The notes under the pieces: model-generated
Seen by the model: the letters and a program-made list of their open reading frames with translations, nothing else
Told to the model about the DNA's origin: nothing
The model's database searches: none
Program-made: the position numbers and the translations under genes
From: Promethearchaeota archaeon
Lineage (GTDB): Archaea; Asgardarchaeota; Lokiarchaeia; Sigyniarchaeales; SOKP01
Direction: 5' to 3'
Assembly: GCA_019894975.1 (NCBI GenBank)
Contig: JAGXNO010000014.1
Coordinates: 1-64,000, forward strand
Length of the DNA: 64,000 nucleotides
Shown: piece after piece, positions 1 through 9,218 of the stretch
Layout: the number at the start of each line of letters is the position of its first letter
How positions within the stretch are numbered: position 1 is the stretch's first letter

Positions 1-561
1 ATTATATTCATTACCAGTAACTTCAGTTATGAAATCTAGTAATTCCCAGAGCTGTTCTTTAATATATTTTTTGAAATATTCTTTTTGTCTGTTAGTAGTA
101 TTACTTACTACGTGTGGAATATCGATGGTAAAGTGGGGCACACCACCCATTCTCTCAGATTGAACTTGAAACCAATTAACATGTGTATCACATATTACAT
201 CGCTTGAAAGCATGAATGTTGGTTTTCTTGTACCACCTTCACTCATTTCAGCATTACTTAGCACGGCGCCAATGTTTGTTTTGAAATATGAGCATAAATC
301 ATACGAGTATCCTTGATCTTCAGCAAGTTCAATAAAGTTTTGAGATTTCTTCAGGGCTGCTGAAATCGTTGCTGAATTTTCTGGAAGCATTGGTTGAACA
401 CCCATAGAATATAAAAGTTCCACAGGTGTTCCTGCAGTTGCCCAAGCAGTTGGTGTTCCCTCTCGATGTGCTTGTTCAATTGCTAAAAAATGTCTTCCCA
501 TTTCATTCCTTAGTTTATTGGTTGCATTTAACATCTTGCCAGTTTTCTTCACTTTTGACAT
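1..561 (-). CDS. 2-hydroxyacyl-CoA dehydratase subunit (HgdA/FldB-like), 3' end runs off the window
   Basis: Not in the ORF track. Manual translation from ATG at 561 (SD GGAG upstream) gives MSKVKKTGKMLNATNKLRNEMGRHFLAIEQAHREGTPTAWATAGTPVELLYSMGVQPMLPEN...GYSYDLCSYFK...ICDTHVNWF, and the frame stays open to the window edge. It lies immediately downstream of the partner subunit. Confidence 0.85.
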   Translation of the reverse strand, partial: MSKVKKTGKMLNATNKLRNEMGRHFLAIEQAHREGTPTAWATAGTPVELLYSMGVQPMLPENSATISAALKKSQNFIELAEDQGYSYDLCSYFKTNIGAVLSNAEMSEGGTRKPTFMLSSDVICDTHVNWFQVQSERMGGVPHFTIDIPHVVSNTTNRQKEYFKKYIKEQLWELLDFITEVTGNEYN

Positions 562-575
562 TTTCAATCTCCTTA

Positions 576-1613
576 TTAAATTATTTCTCGAAATGCTTCA
601 AATCTAGTTGTTAATTGATTATATGATTCTCTATTGTATTCCATCTCAACAAAAAGATACGGAATTTCTAACTCTTTAAATTTTTTATTAAAATATGGAT
701 GGGTATATAAAACGGGCTCACAAAATTTTTGAGCGATATTGATAACACCATCTACTTTATAAGTGTGTGCTAAATTCTTTATTATCTCGAATCGTTCATA
801 TGAGGGGAATTTAGTTGAGTAGATTGGCTTGTTTAAATGATATTTAGCTATAGCTTTGATAGGTTCTCCGTCTTCATCAATATTATCATGAAAATATTTA
901 GTTCCTATACATAAATCATCAATTACAATGTGAAAGCCAATATTTTCTAGAAATTGAATGAATTCTGTATCATCTATAACTGAACCTGTTAGTAGTACTT
1001 TTTTTAGCTTTTCATTCGGAAAAGGCTTTCTTTCACTTAAATCTTCCAACTTTGATCTAAGCTTTTTCAAGGCTTCATCTTTATCTGATTGTTGGACATA
1101 CTTAACTAAAGCATGAAGTTCCGAACTTTTTAATATCATTTCTTCTCGAAATCTTGAAATTTTTCTTAACAATCCCCTAATCTGATTCATTTTTTTTATG
1201 GCTTCACGAATTTTTTCAGATGAGATTTTTACATTAAATTTTTCTTCGATTTGTTTTATTAACTCGTTCATATCTTGAATAAAAAAATTTAATGAAGTTT
1301 CACTTCTTTTCAAAGGTGCATTCAAAAAGTATAGAAACTCTATATTCACGCATTCTAACCAAATATCAAACTCACGATTTGTGCAATCACATCCATGCGT
1401 TGTAATAACTCCTTTAATATCATTGTTCAATCCATTTATAGCCTGTTCAAGAATATTTCGTGCCCAGACACAATGAGTTGGAGGTACATGCTCATTTGCT
1501 TTATCTATTCCTATTTTTGGATTTCCAAAAAGTCTCACAGGTGTCATACCCGCAGCAAGAATAATCTCTTCAGGTGTATCGACGCAGGCGTCGAAATACG
1601 CAATTTTTTTCAT
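576..1613 (-). CDS. 2-hydroxyacyl-CoA dehydratase subunit (HgdB/FldC-like)
   Basis: PEEIILAAG start, Fe-S cysteines (HC, GCDC, KFCEP) and the C-terminal QLTTRFEAFRE motif. Confidence 0.9.
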   Translation of the reverse strand: MKKIAYFDACVDTPEEIILAAGMTPVRLFGNPKIGIDKANEHVPPTHCVWARNILEQAINGLNNDIKGVITTHGCDCTNREFDIWLECVNIEFLYFLNAPLKRSETSLNFFIQDMNELIKQIEEKFNVKISSEKIREAIKKMNQIRGLLRKISRFREEMILKSSELHALVKYVQQSDKDEALKKLRSKLEDLSERKPFPNEKLKKVLLTGSVIDDTEFIQFLENIGFHIVIDDLCIGTKYFHDNIDEDGEPIKAIAKYHLNKPIYSTKFPSYERFEIIKNLAHTYKVDGVINIAQKFCEPVLYTHPYFNKKFKELEIPYLFVEMEYNRESYNQLTTRFEAFREII

Positions 1614-1730
1614 TTATATCCCTTATCTAATACTACTTCTTTTAAATTCTCAAGTATTTAAAAAAATATTTATTTGATGCTTTTATTTAATCCTTAATTT
1701 AACGATAATTTTGCTCTTAGGTGACCTAAC

Positions 1731-2039
1731 GTAAGCCAACCCACTGTATCGAGGACCTTATCAAAGGCTATATTAAAGCCAGAAGTAAATATTAAATTAA
1801 AGATTTGGAACACCTATTTAACGGGGAAGCTAGTTAAATTCGATAACTATATGAATTTAATTGTTAAAGATGCCAAGGAGATATATTTCGGTCGTGGGGG
1901 AAAACGCAGTAAAGAGCTAGGGACTGTAATGATCAGGGGTGCCAGCGTTATCTTTATTGGTCAGGATCGTGAAAGATTAGTTTTCCAAGGTGGTGCAGAA
2001 GAGGATTTAATGCATCGAGAAGAAAGTGAAGAGGTATAA
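1731..2039 (+). CDS. lsm: Sm-like (Lsm/SmAP) RNA-binding protein, probable non-canonical GTA start
   Basis: Extending the 1851 ORF upstream gives (V)[49 protein letters not shown] (Sm1 motif) followed by [11 protein letters not shown] (Sm2 motif). The gene is upstream of rpl37e, as in many archaea. SD AGGTGA at 1719-1724. Confidence 0.85.
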   Translation, partial: VSQPTVSRTLSKAILKPEVNIKLKIWNTYLTGKLVKFDNYMNLIVKDAKEIYFGRGGKRSKELGTVMIRGASVIFIGQDRERLVFQGGAEEDLMHREESEEV

Positions 2040-2044
2040 GGAAA

Positions 2045-2266
2045 ATGGGAAAAGGTACACCGAGTAAAGGAAAGAAGAATAAAGCAGCTAGTCATAAAAC
2101 CTGTCGTCGATGTGGTAATCACTCATACCATCGAAGAAAAAAGTTTTGCGCAAGTTGCGGTTTTGGAAGATCTGCAAAATTACGTCAATATGCATGGCGA
2201 AATAGAACTCGTCCGTCCAATGGTCATAAAGCTTTTTATATGAACAAGAAAAAAGTTAGAGCTTAA
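2045..2266 (+). CDS. rpl37e: 50S ribosomal protein L37e
   Basis: [13 protein letters not shown]...CRRCG...SYH...CASCGFGRS zinc finger. Confidence 0.97.
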   Translation: MGKGTPSKGKKNKAASHKTCRRCGNHSYHRRKKFCASCGFGRSAKLRQYAWRNRTRPSNGHKAFYMNKKKVRA

Positions 2267-2399
2267 TCTACTGATTTTATTATAAATTCTTATTCTTAAA
2301 GTAGGAAGAGATATTATTAATTATTAAAATTTCAACTAGATATCTTTATATTTTTCATAGCTTATTTGAAATTAATACGAAACCAAATTTTGAATTTAA

Positions 2400-2774
2400 A
2401 TGAATAGTCTAAAAATTCAACATCTCAACAATGAATTAGATAAGTTGGAAGAAATCAGCGATATCATAGGGACTGCTATTGTAAACCGCAATGGGCTATT
2501 GATCGTTTCAAAATTACCAAGAGATATTGAAGATCGAAAATTTTGTGCGATGGCAGCGACTATGTTTGGTGCTATTGAAACAGCAGCATCAACATTGGGA
2601 AGTAATTCAGTCACTAATTTAACAGTAGAATTTAATGATTTTCAACTTATTATTATGGCTGCCGATGAACAAACAATTTTGGTTTCATTATTAAATTTAA
2701 ATGCTAATTTAGGTTTAATATTGATAGAAATTGAAGAAATAATTAAAAATTTAAAGAATACATTAAAAGAGTGA
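2400..2774 (+). CDS. Roadblock/LC7 domain protein
   Basis: 124 aa with IIGTAIVNRNGLLIVS...AMAATMFGAIETAA...ANLGLILIE, a typical roadblock pattern. Confidence 0.9.
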   Translation: MNSLKIQHLNNELDKLEEISDIIGTAIVNRNGLLIVSKLPRDIEDRKFCAMAATMFGAIETAASTLGSNSVTNLTVEFNDFQLIIMAADEQTILVSLLNLNANLGLILIEIEEIIKNLKNTLKE

Positions 2775-2780
2775 TGACAG

Positions 2781-3521
2781 ATCTTAACTGATAATCAAAA
2801 AGAGAGATATGCACGGCAAATTATCTCTCCAGAAATAGGAGAAGAGGGTCAAGAAAAGATTTCTAAGTTAAAAGTACTTCAGATTGGTTGTGGAGGATTA
2901 GGATCACCGTTTTCTATGTATTTAACTGCAGCAGGAATTAATGAATTGACTTTAATAGATAATGATACTTTAGATATATCAAATCTGCAAAGACAAATTC
3001 TTTATAATGAATCTCAACTTGGTGAAGATAAGGTTAATTCTGCGAAAGAGGTATTATCAAGACTTAATTCTGAAGTCAAAATTAACGCATATAAAGATTT
3101 TATAGATCAAAATTCAGTTAAGAAATATCTAGCCGAAAATAAATATGATTTCATTGTTGATTGTAGTGACAATTTCAAAACTAAGTTTCTAGTCAATAAA
3201 ATAGCATTGGAAAATAACCTAAGATGTGTTATTGCGGGAATCAAAGATTTTTATGGTCAAATTATAACAATAAATCCCAAGAAGTCTGCTTGTTATCAAT
3301 GTGTTTTTTCTGAACCTTTAGATACACCTCAAGGAGAGGGCCCTTTACCCGTTATTGGTGTGACTCCAGGCATATTAGGTACCTTACAGGCTTTGGAAGT
3401 AATCAAGACAGCTCTAGGGCTTCCGAATCTTGAAAATAAAGTTTTGATGGTAAATTTATTAGATTTAAGGTTTAACATAATAGATATTATTAAGAATGAA
3501 GCTTGTTTTTGTTCTAAATGA
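2781..3521 (+). CDS. ThiF/MoeB/UbaA-family E1-like adenylyltransferase, probable ATC start
   Basis: The in-frame upstream extension (I)LTDNQKERYARQIISPEIGEEGQEKISKLKVLQIGCGGLGS supplies the RYxRQ and GxGGLG motifs missing from the tracked 2916 ORF. These are followed by DNDTLDISNLQRQ, DCSDN and CYQC. Confidence 0.9.
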   Translation: MLTDNQKERYARQIISPEIGEEGQEKISKLKVLQIGCGGLGSPFSMYLTAAGINELTLIDNDTLDISNLQRQILYNESQLGEDKVNSAKEVLSRLNSEVKINAYKDFIDQNSVKKYLAENKYDFIVDCSDNFKTKFLVNKIALENNLRCVIAGIKDFYGQIITINPKKSACYQCVFSEPLDTPQGEGPLPVIGVTPGILGTLQALEVIKTALGLPNLENKVLMVNLLDLRFNIIDIIKNEACFCSK

Positions 3522-3555
3522 TATTCAAGAAAAAAAGGGGAGATTTTAGGTCTCC

Positions 3556-4117
3556 TTATTCTAAATTTTGTTCAAAAAATTGTTTAAATAACTGCCCTTT
3601 TTTAGAATAGAGTTTGGATGTTTTTGCACCTTCAAGTTTTCCTTTGTAAATCCCTTCTTTTTTTATCGACGCAGGAATTCCAACTGCCAAGCTTCTAGGT
3701 GGTATCTCCTTACCCAGAAGTACTGCTCCTGCTGCAAGTACTGATCCTTCACCTAGCTTTGAACGATGCAGTACATTTGATCCTATTCCAACAACGCAAC
3801 CATCTTCTATTGTACAAGGTCCGTGAATCATTCTGCTGATTGAAGTCAACTCTTCAAAGATTTGCATGATGACCTATAATACAATCGTTTCCTATGTTTA
3901 CATAACTTCCTGCTTCTATATGGATGGTAACATTTTCTTGAATACTTGTATTTTTTCCAATGTTTATTGAGCCCCAATCACCTCGAAGAATTGCTCCGAA
4001 CCAAACGTTAGAGTTTTCTCCTATAACAACATCCCCAATAATAACTGCTGTCGGAGCAATGTAGGCAGATTCATGAATATCAGGCTTTTTTCCTGTTTCT
4101 GGACTGGGTATAATCAT
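3556..4117 (-). CDS. Gamma-carbonic anhydrase / hexapeptide-repeat protein interrupted by a 31-nt insert (3831-3861)
   Basis: The two tracked ORFs (3854-4117 and 3556-3867) are the N- and C-terminal halves of one protein. Removing 3831-3861 gives ...NDCIIGHHAMIHGPCTIEDG... and an intact 176-aa protein. Confidence 0.9.
3831..3861 (-). other. Candidate bulge-helix-bulge (BHB) intron in mRNA
   Basis: Insert AUCUUUGAAGAGUUGACUUCAAUCAGCAGAA contains an internal UUGAAG/CUUCAA stem. Both junctions fall in 3-nt bulges (AA^A, AA^U) flanking the helix AUGC/GCAG. Exon-exon stems AUC/GAU and AGGUC/GACCU are present. Confidence 0.5.
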
Positions 4118-4260
4118 TATATTTCTTCACCATTCGGTATTATTTGAATCTGAAGAATTAAACCATCAATATTAAAGTTTTGAAAAAGAAAAGAAATGAA
4201 AAAAAATATAAATTAAGTATATTCTATTAGCATTCTTTAAATACTTAGTATTGTCACTTG

Positions 4261-4932
4261 TTATTCCTTTTTTTGTAGATTCATTTCTTCTGAAAAGTAT
4301 CTCTTAATGAATGCAGTTAAGAAATTTTTACCGATTAAATCAGCACCTCTATTTATTAATTCTGATCTAGAGATTTCAGCCTGATTATATCTATTCAGAA
4401 CATCTCGCAATTTTTCTAATTCCGGACCAAGATTTTTTGTTAAAAAATCTTCCAGGTCAGCAATCTTCTCCATTACAGCTTCAATTTTTTCTGAATATTC
4501 TCGGAGTAACTCATGAGTACTTTTCAAGTTATTAGATTTTACATTGATATCTTTTAAAACCTCTTTAGCAACCCATTCTTTCTTACTCATAGCCACGATA
4601 GTGATAAGATTGTTTCCTTCAGTCACTTTTTTAACCTTGATAATCAATGCAATTTCTTGCTTATCGTATTTGCCTTCAGCAAATCCCTTGACTCCTGTTA
4701 ATTCGGAATTAATTGGGTCCAACTCTGTTTCTACAATATGAAAATTATTCTGCCTTAATATAGAACTTACCTCGCTTTCGATTTGATTTAATGACATATC
4801 GTTTTCGAAGGAGATTTCTTTTGTTTTCATTGAATGTGTTTTTTCGTCGAAGATTTCTTTTGAAATTGCCTTTTGGATATTATAATCACAATACTGACGG
4901 GTTGATGGGACTTCTAATTTCCTTATTATCAT
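4261..4932 (-). pseudogene. Hypothetical protein, probably the C-terminal remnant of a larger protein
   Basis: 223-aa ORF with an alpha/beta segment (GVKGFAEGKYDKQEIALII) and a helical tail. It has no convincing start or SD and sits in the fragment mosaic. Confidence 0.5.
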
Positions 4933-5042
4933 TTAGTATTACGCCGACGAATTAAAAATCGTTATGGATTATTATCCTAACTCAAATAACCAAGCAATAA
5001 AATAGAAAAAAATAAAAAAAATTAAAGTTAAAATTTACTCAA

Positions 5043-5279
5043 TTATTTCTCAATTCTTTTTTTCTCTTTCTTCTTCTCAAGAATTTCCTTCTCTAAATCT
5101 TCTTTGAATTTTAAAGCATAATCAGCAATACTTTTACATAAGTTTTCAAATTCCATAGGATCAAATTCTTGACCGAGTTCCCGATTCACGTTTAATTTTT
5201 CTAAATCTTCCCACCTCATATTAATGCCTAAAATAGGAGTAATTTGAATATTATGTTTACGCGCAAGTTTTATTTCTGA
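5043..5279 (-). pseudogene. C-terminal fragment of a TIR-domain protein, paralog of 5955-6989
   Basis: Not in the ORF track. Manual translation SEIKLARKHNIQITPILGINMRWEDLEKLNVNRELGQEFDPMEFENLCKSIADYALKFKEDLEKEILEKKKEKKRIEK* aligns with KELRLGFKHNIQIMPILGENMKWEDLE...FGKEFD of the neighbouring gene. A T-rich terminator-like tract follows. Confidence 0.85.
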
Positions 5280-5427
5280 AGAAATTTAGGATGTCGACAA
5301 AAAATGCAGTTGATAATAATCCAAATCCATTAACGCCAAGATAAATAAACACAAAAACATAATATTCGAGAGATACTACATTATTAATCTGCATATTAAA
5401 GCTGAGGGGATCAGCTAAAATATCTTC

Positions 5428-5919
5428 TTAAAAAAATCTATTTTGCAATTGTGTCAATATTTGTCGCTCAAAAGAATCTTCAGAAAAAAGAGTATTATTC
5501 GGAAAGTCTTCTCTAAAGATGATTTTTGTGCTTGGTTGAGAAGTAACATCCTTAAACAAGTTGTCAGGAGATTGATCAGCAATAGCAAATCCAATCCCTC
5601 GGCTCCGATATTCTTTTAGTAAATCAGAGAATATTTTTGCTATCTGTTCTTTCATGATGAAATCCGCATCATCGCTGTTGTTGGTAATAGGTTTTTCTAA
5701 GATAGCGTGAGCCTAATCAATTAAAATCAGATATTTTAACTCCTCAGCTTCATTGTCTTTTGTAACTGATCTTACAAGTTGAAATATCGCATTCACAATC
5801 AGCATTTTCACAAATTTACTGCACATGGATAAATCAAGAAAAATGTTTTCACCATTCAACCAATCAATGACCCAACTTGGCAAATTCTCAGTGATTTTTA
5901 GTACGACATTCAGGACCAA
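5428..5919 (-). pseudogene. HerA/FtsK/VirB4-like ATPase fragment with a nonsense codon in the Walker B motif
   Basis: The two tracked ORFs are one frame: ...KYLILID(TAG)AHAILEK...LLKEYRSRGIGFAIADQSP...QPSTKIIFR. GAG to TAG in DEAH at 5713-5715. No Walker A half is present. Confidence 0.85.
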
Positions 5920-5954
5920 AATCCCTACATTTTTAGATTTAGAAGCTTTTTTTG

Positions 5955-6989
5955 TTATTTAAGTTTTTTAGCTTTACTTGGTCTCTTCTTTCCCCGAATT
6001 TCTTCTTCTAAATCACTTTTCACTTTAATGATATAATCATATAATTCCTCACGAAATCTACCATATTCTTCAGAATCAAATTCTTTTCCGAATTGTCTAC
6101 TAATATCTAACTCCAAATCTTCCCATTTCATCTCTAAATCTTCCCATTTCATGTTTTCTCCTAATATTGGCATGATTTGTATATTGTGTTTAAATCCTAG
6201 TCTTAATTCCTTAACACAATCTTTTGAATCAATGGAATTCTGTGAAGAAAAGAATATTATTAGTTGACTCCGGGGAACTGTTTTATCCATCCAATCATCT
6301 ATATCTCCCACCATATCCGCCTCGCAATAATGAACTTTTGAAATCCCTTTCTGAGATTCTAAATATTTCACAAGATCACTGATTTGATATTTATCAAAAT
6401 CCTTCATAGCATGACTGATAAAAACTCGAATTCCTCTTCCTTTTATGCCCTTCCTAATAACAACAAGAGAAACAATAGCTGCTATAGTTATTATGGAAAT
6501 ACCTATTATTATAAAAAACCAAATATCGAAAGGAGCACTGTTAATAATTTTTTTTGTTATATTAACATCTTTCCAACTAATATTACCCATAGTATCATTA
6601 GCATAAAATCTGATTGTAACAGAACCTTCTGAAATTTCTTCCCAAACTGCTTCATCAATTACTCCTATTAAACTTGTGATCGATATATTAGTAACACCTC
6701 CATCTAATGTATACCAAAATGCATCTAAATTCCCATCAATGATGGTGATCTCATATCCTGGGGCACCTCCCCACTCCTGATTATGGGTTGGGACGTTGAT
6801 CGTAATTTCTGGCCCTAAAATGTCTTTTCTAACAGATATTTCCTCCCAGTTAATATTTCCTGCTGTGTCGTTTGCATAAAATCTAATAATTACTGTCCCA
6901 TTTAACATGTTAGCCCATGAGGTTTGACTTATCGACTTATTTATAGTAAAAGTTGTATTACTTACTCCATCATCAATTGTATACCACAT
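5955..6989 (-). CDS. Ig-like repeats + transmembrane helix + TIR domain protein (N-terminus disrupted)
   Basis: Two WYTxDxG...IRFYANDTxGNIxW repeats, a TM segment IWFFIIIGISIITIAAIVSLVVIRK, then a TIR domain VFISHA...IIFFSSQNSIDSKDCVKEL. No signal peptide; a 10-bp duplication near 6982-7001 breaks the upstream frame. Confidence 0.85.
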   Translation of the reverse strand: MWYTIDDGVSNTTFTINKSISQTSWANMLNGTVIIRFYANDTAGNINWEEISVRKDILGPEITINVPTHNQEWGGAPGYEITIIDGNLDAFWYTLDGGVTNISITSLIGVIDEAVWEEISEGSVTIRFYANDTMGNISWKDVNITKKIINSAPFDIWFFIIIGISIITIAAIVSLVVIRKGIKGRGIRVFISHAMKDFDKYQISDLVKYLESQKGISKVHYCEADMVGDIDDWMDKTVPRSQLIIFFSSQNSIDSKDCVKELRLGFKHNIQIMPILGENMKWEDLEMKWEDLELDISRQFGKEFDSEEYGRFREELYDYIIKVKSDLEEEIRGKKRPSKAKKLK

Positions 6990-7001
6990 AGTACCACATA
7001 G
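6982..7001. repeat. 10-bp tandem duplication (taccacatag x2)
   Basis: Directly visible. It shifts the frame between upstream YDINGIDTMW and downstream MWYTIDDG. Confidence 0.9.
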
Positions 7002-7357
7002 TATCTATTCCATTAATATCATATATAGAAAATATAACTCCAGAAACTATAGTTAAAGTTGCGAATGACGACTCAATAGAATCCGTTATTATTTAATAGT
7101 TTTCAAATTTACTATTGTAATTCTCTTATTATTGTTTAAAACATAAAATAATGTCTTTACAGTTAATCGGTCCTGGAATAATACATTGTTAATATAAAAA
7201 ACTTTTGAAATTACAAATTTGGTAATGTATGCAAAATTAGATATTTAAAATAAAATTTATCAAAAATCACTTGTAAAAAATAAGTAATAAATAGAATAGT
7301 ATTTTAATAATAATTTAACCAATCAATCCATCTTTAAACAATTAAGGGCAAATAGAA

Positions 7358-9085
7358 ATGGAAGGAAATTTACGATTTATATATAAAAAAGAATACTGGT
7401 ACATCAGTGCATTTATTAATACCAGTGAGATTATTGGAGAAACTAAAGCAGAAGAAATAGAAGCTCTATTATTAGAAAGATTAAAAAATCTAAGTGATAA
7501 GGAATTAGAAAAAACAATTACATTTTTAGAAAAACATCCTAATGCTGAAGAAAAGAGAAATACATTAATGGAAATGACTAAATCTATTACAATCGAATGT
7601 GATTGGGAACCTTTTTTCCAAAATTTCCCCTATACTGATGAAAATAATCCCTATACGGAGGATAATAAAGACTTAGTGTATAATACATTAGGTTACTTCA
7701 AATTGGAAGTAGAATATTTTAAAAATGAGCCATACAATAAAGAAAAAGTGACTCCGGATTTAATACAACAAGTACCATATATTGTTCTTGATATTCTTAA
7801 AGAATTCAGTACAAAAAAAGAAAATCAATTTTTACTTCTTGACACGGAGAGTCCAATTTATGTATTCGTGATATCGACTAAAACAACTCCTATTGAAGTT
7901 CAATGGAATGAACAAAATATAAATAAATATAAAAATGATCTCGGATATTGGACACAAATTTATGCTGGTCAATGGCGTGACTATAGTGAAGATCTATTTG
8001 AAAGAAGAGTTAAAAAAAATCTATCAAATCGTTTATCTGAATTGCACTATATTAAGAGAAATTCTGGATTTATTTACATGACAGAAAGAAACTATGAAAC
8101 AGAATTTTTATATATAAAAGACTACCTTTTAGAACCAACCCCAGAAATGAGAGCAGTGCTATTCGCATTAATGACGATCAATCGTTCTCTTGATGTTTTA
8201 TTTATGAAGAGATATTCGGATGTTTTTATGAGCTTAGAGAGAATTGAAAAAAAAACTAATAATCTGAGATTTTTAAGAGGAATGATTCAGACAAAGATGA
8301 GTCTTATCTATAACAAATTGGATAGGAATCCACGTCAACATTATAAAAGAGTCTTAACCCATTTGATAAGAAAATTCCGTATTGAAGAGATTGTGAGAAG
8401 AACAAATAACAAATTCAAGATGTTATATGATTCGATGCAGGAATTATATTTAAAAAGAAGTGAAGAAAACCAAAAAAGAACCAAAAAAGCTCTCTACTTC
8501 CTGAATATATTATTAGGCGCAGGATTTATAGTAGAATTTGTCAATACAATAAGAATTGCTTTTAGCTTAGAAGAAACAGCTCAACCGTCACCTATAATAC
8601 ATGGATTAATTTCAATAATTTTAGGAGCATCCTTATTAATAACTATTGGTTATTTTACATATAGTAGATATAAGTTAAAAGCTTCAGAATTGGGACATAC
8701 TGTTGACGCTGTTATTCAAGATGATAAGCAGAATATAATATTAATTAAAAGAAAATATGCCCCTTACAAAGGAAAATATGCACTTCCTGGTGGATTTATA
8801 AAATACAATGAAGATCCAGAACAAGCTATAATCAGAGAAGTGAGAGAAGAAACGAATCTTGCTATAGAGATCATAAAAAGAATAGGGACATATGATCAAA
8901 AAGGTCGAGATCCACGTGGGAGAATTGTATCAACAGCATTTAGATGTCGTCTTATAAAAGATATTTCCAGAATGAAAGGTGGAGATGATGCCATTGCTAC
9001 TGAAGCTATCCCAATTGCAGAAATCAAAAATATGGATTTAGCTTTTGATCATAAACTTATATTAAAAGATGCGGGTATTTTATAA
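7358..9085 (+). CDS. Membrane protein with large soluble N-terminal domain, two TM helices (CorA-like layout) and C-terminal ADP-ribose pyrophosphatase-type NUDIX domain
   Basis: NUDIX box GGFIKYNEDPEQAIIREVREETNL plus RDPRG, GDDA and LAFDH. Long helices precede the TMs LYFLNILLGAGFIVEFV and IIHGLISIILGASLLITIGYF. The CorA-like call is inferred from architecture only. Confidence 0.75.
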   Translation: MEGNLRFIYKKEYWYISAFINTSEIIGETKAEEIEALLLERLKNLSDKELEKTITFLEKHPNAEEKRNTLMEMTKSITIECDWEPFFQNFPYTDENNPYTEDNKDLVYNTLGYFKLEVEYFKNEPYNKEKVTPDLIQQVPYIVLDILKEFSTKKENQFLLLDTESPIYVFVISTKTTPIEVQWNEQNINKYKNDLGYWTQIYAGQWRDYSEDLFERRVKKNLSNRLSELHYIKRNSGFIYMTERNYETEFLYIKDYLLEPTPEMRAVLFALMTINRSLDVLFMKRYSDVFMSLERIEKKTNNLRFLRGMIQTKMSLIYNKLDRNPRQHYKRVLTHLIRKFRIEEIVRRTNNKFKMLYDSMQELYLKRSEENQKRTKKALYFLNILLGAGFIVEFVNTIRIAFSLEETAQPSPIIHGLISIILGASLLITIGYFTYSRYKLKASELGHTVDAVIQDDKQNIILIKRKYAPYKGKYALPGGFIKYNEDPEQAIIREVREETNLAIEIIKRIGTYDQKGRDPRGRIVSTAFRCRLIKDISRMKGGDDAIATEAIPIAEIKNMDLAFDHKLILKDAGIL

Positions 9086-9218
9086 AAAATCGATTTTTAA
9101 AAATTTTTTATTCTTTATTATTTACAATAAATAAGGCGTCTTAATTTTTATAATCAAACAACTTATCTTTTCTTAAATCCTTAAATAATATAATAAACAC
9201 TGATTCCTTTCCGGAAAA

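Noticed and set aside
2774-2791. ATG at 2774 as the E1-like start
   Set aside because: It is out of frame (ATG ACA GAT CTT AAC TGA). It would work only with a 1-nt error or a +1 shift. ATC at 2781 has the standard SD spacing, though a sequencing error cannot be excluded.
3854-3856. Selenocysteine readthrough of the TGA in the gamma-CA gene
   Set aside because: The TGA lies inside the 31-nt insert, and readthrough would not reach the frame of the C-terminal half.
5713-5715. Pyrrolysine or amber recoding in the HerA-like frame
   Set aside because: The position must be the Walker B Glu (GAG to TAG), the gene is truncated at both ends, and TAG is a normal stop elsewhere in the window.
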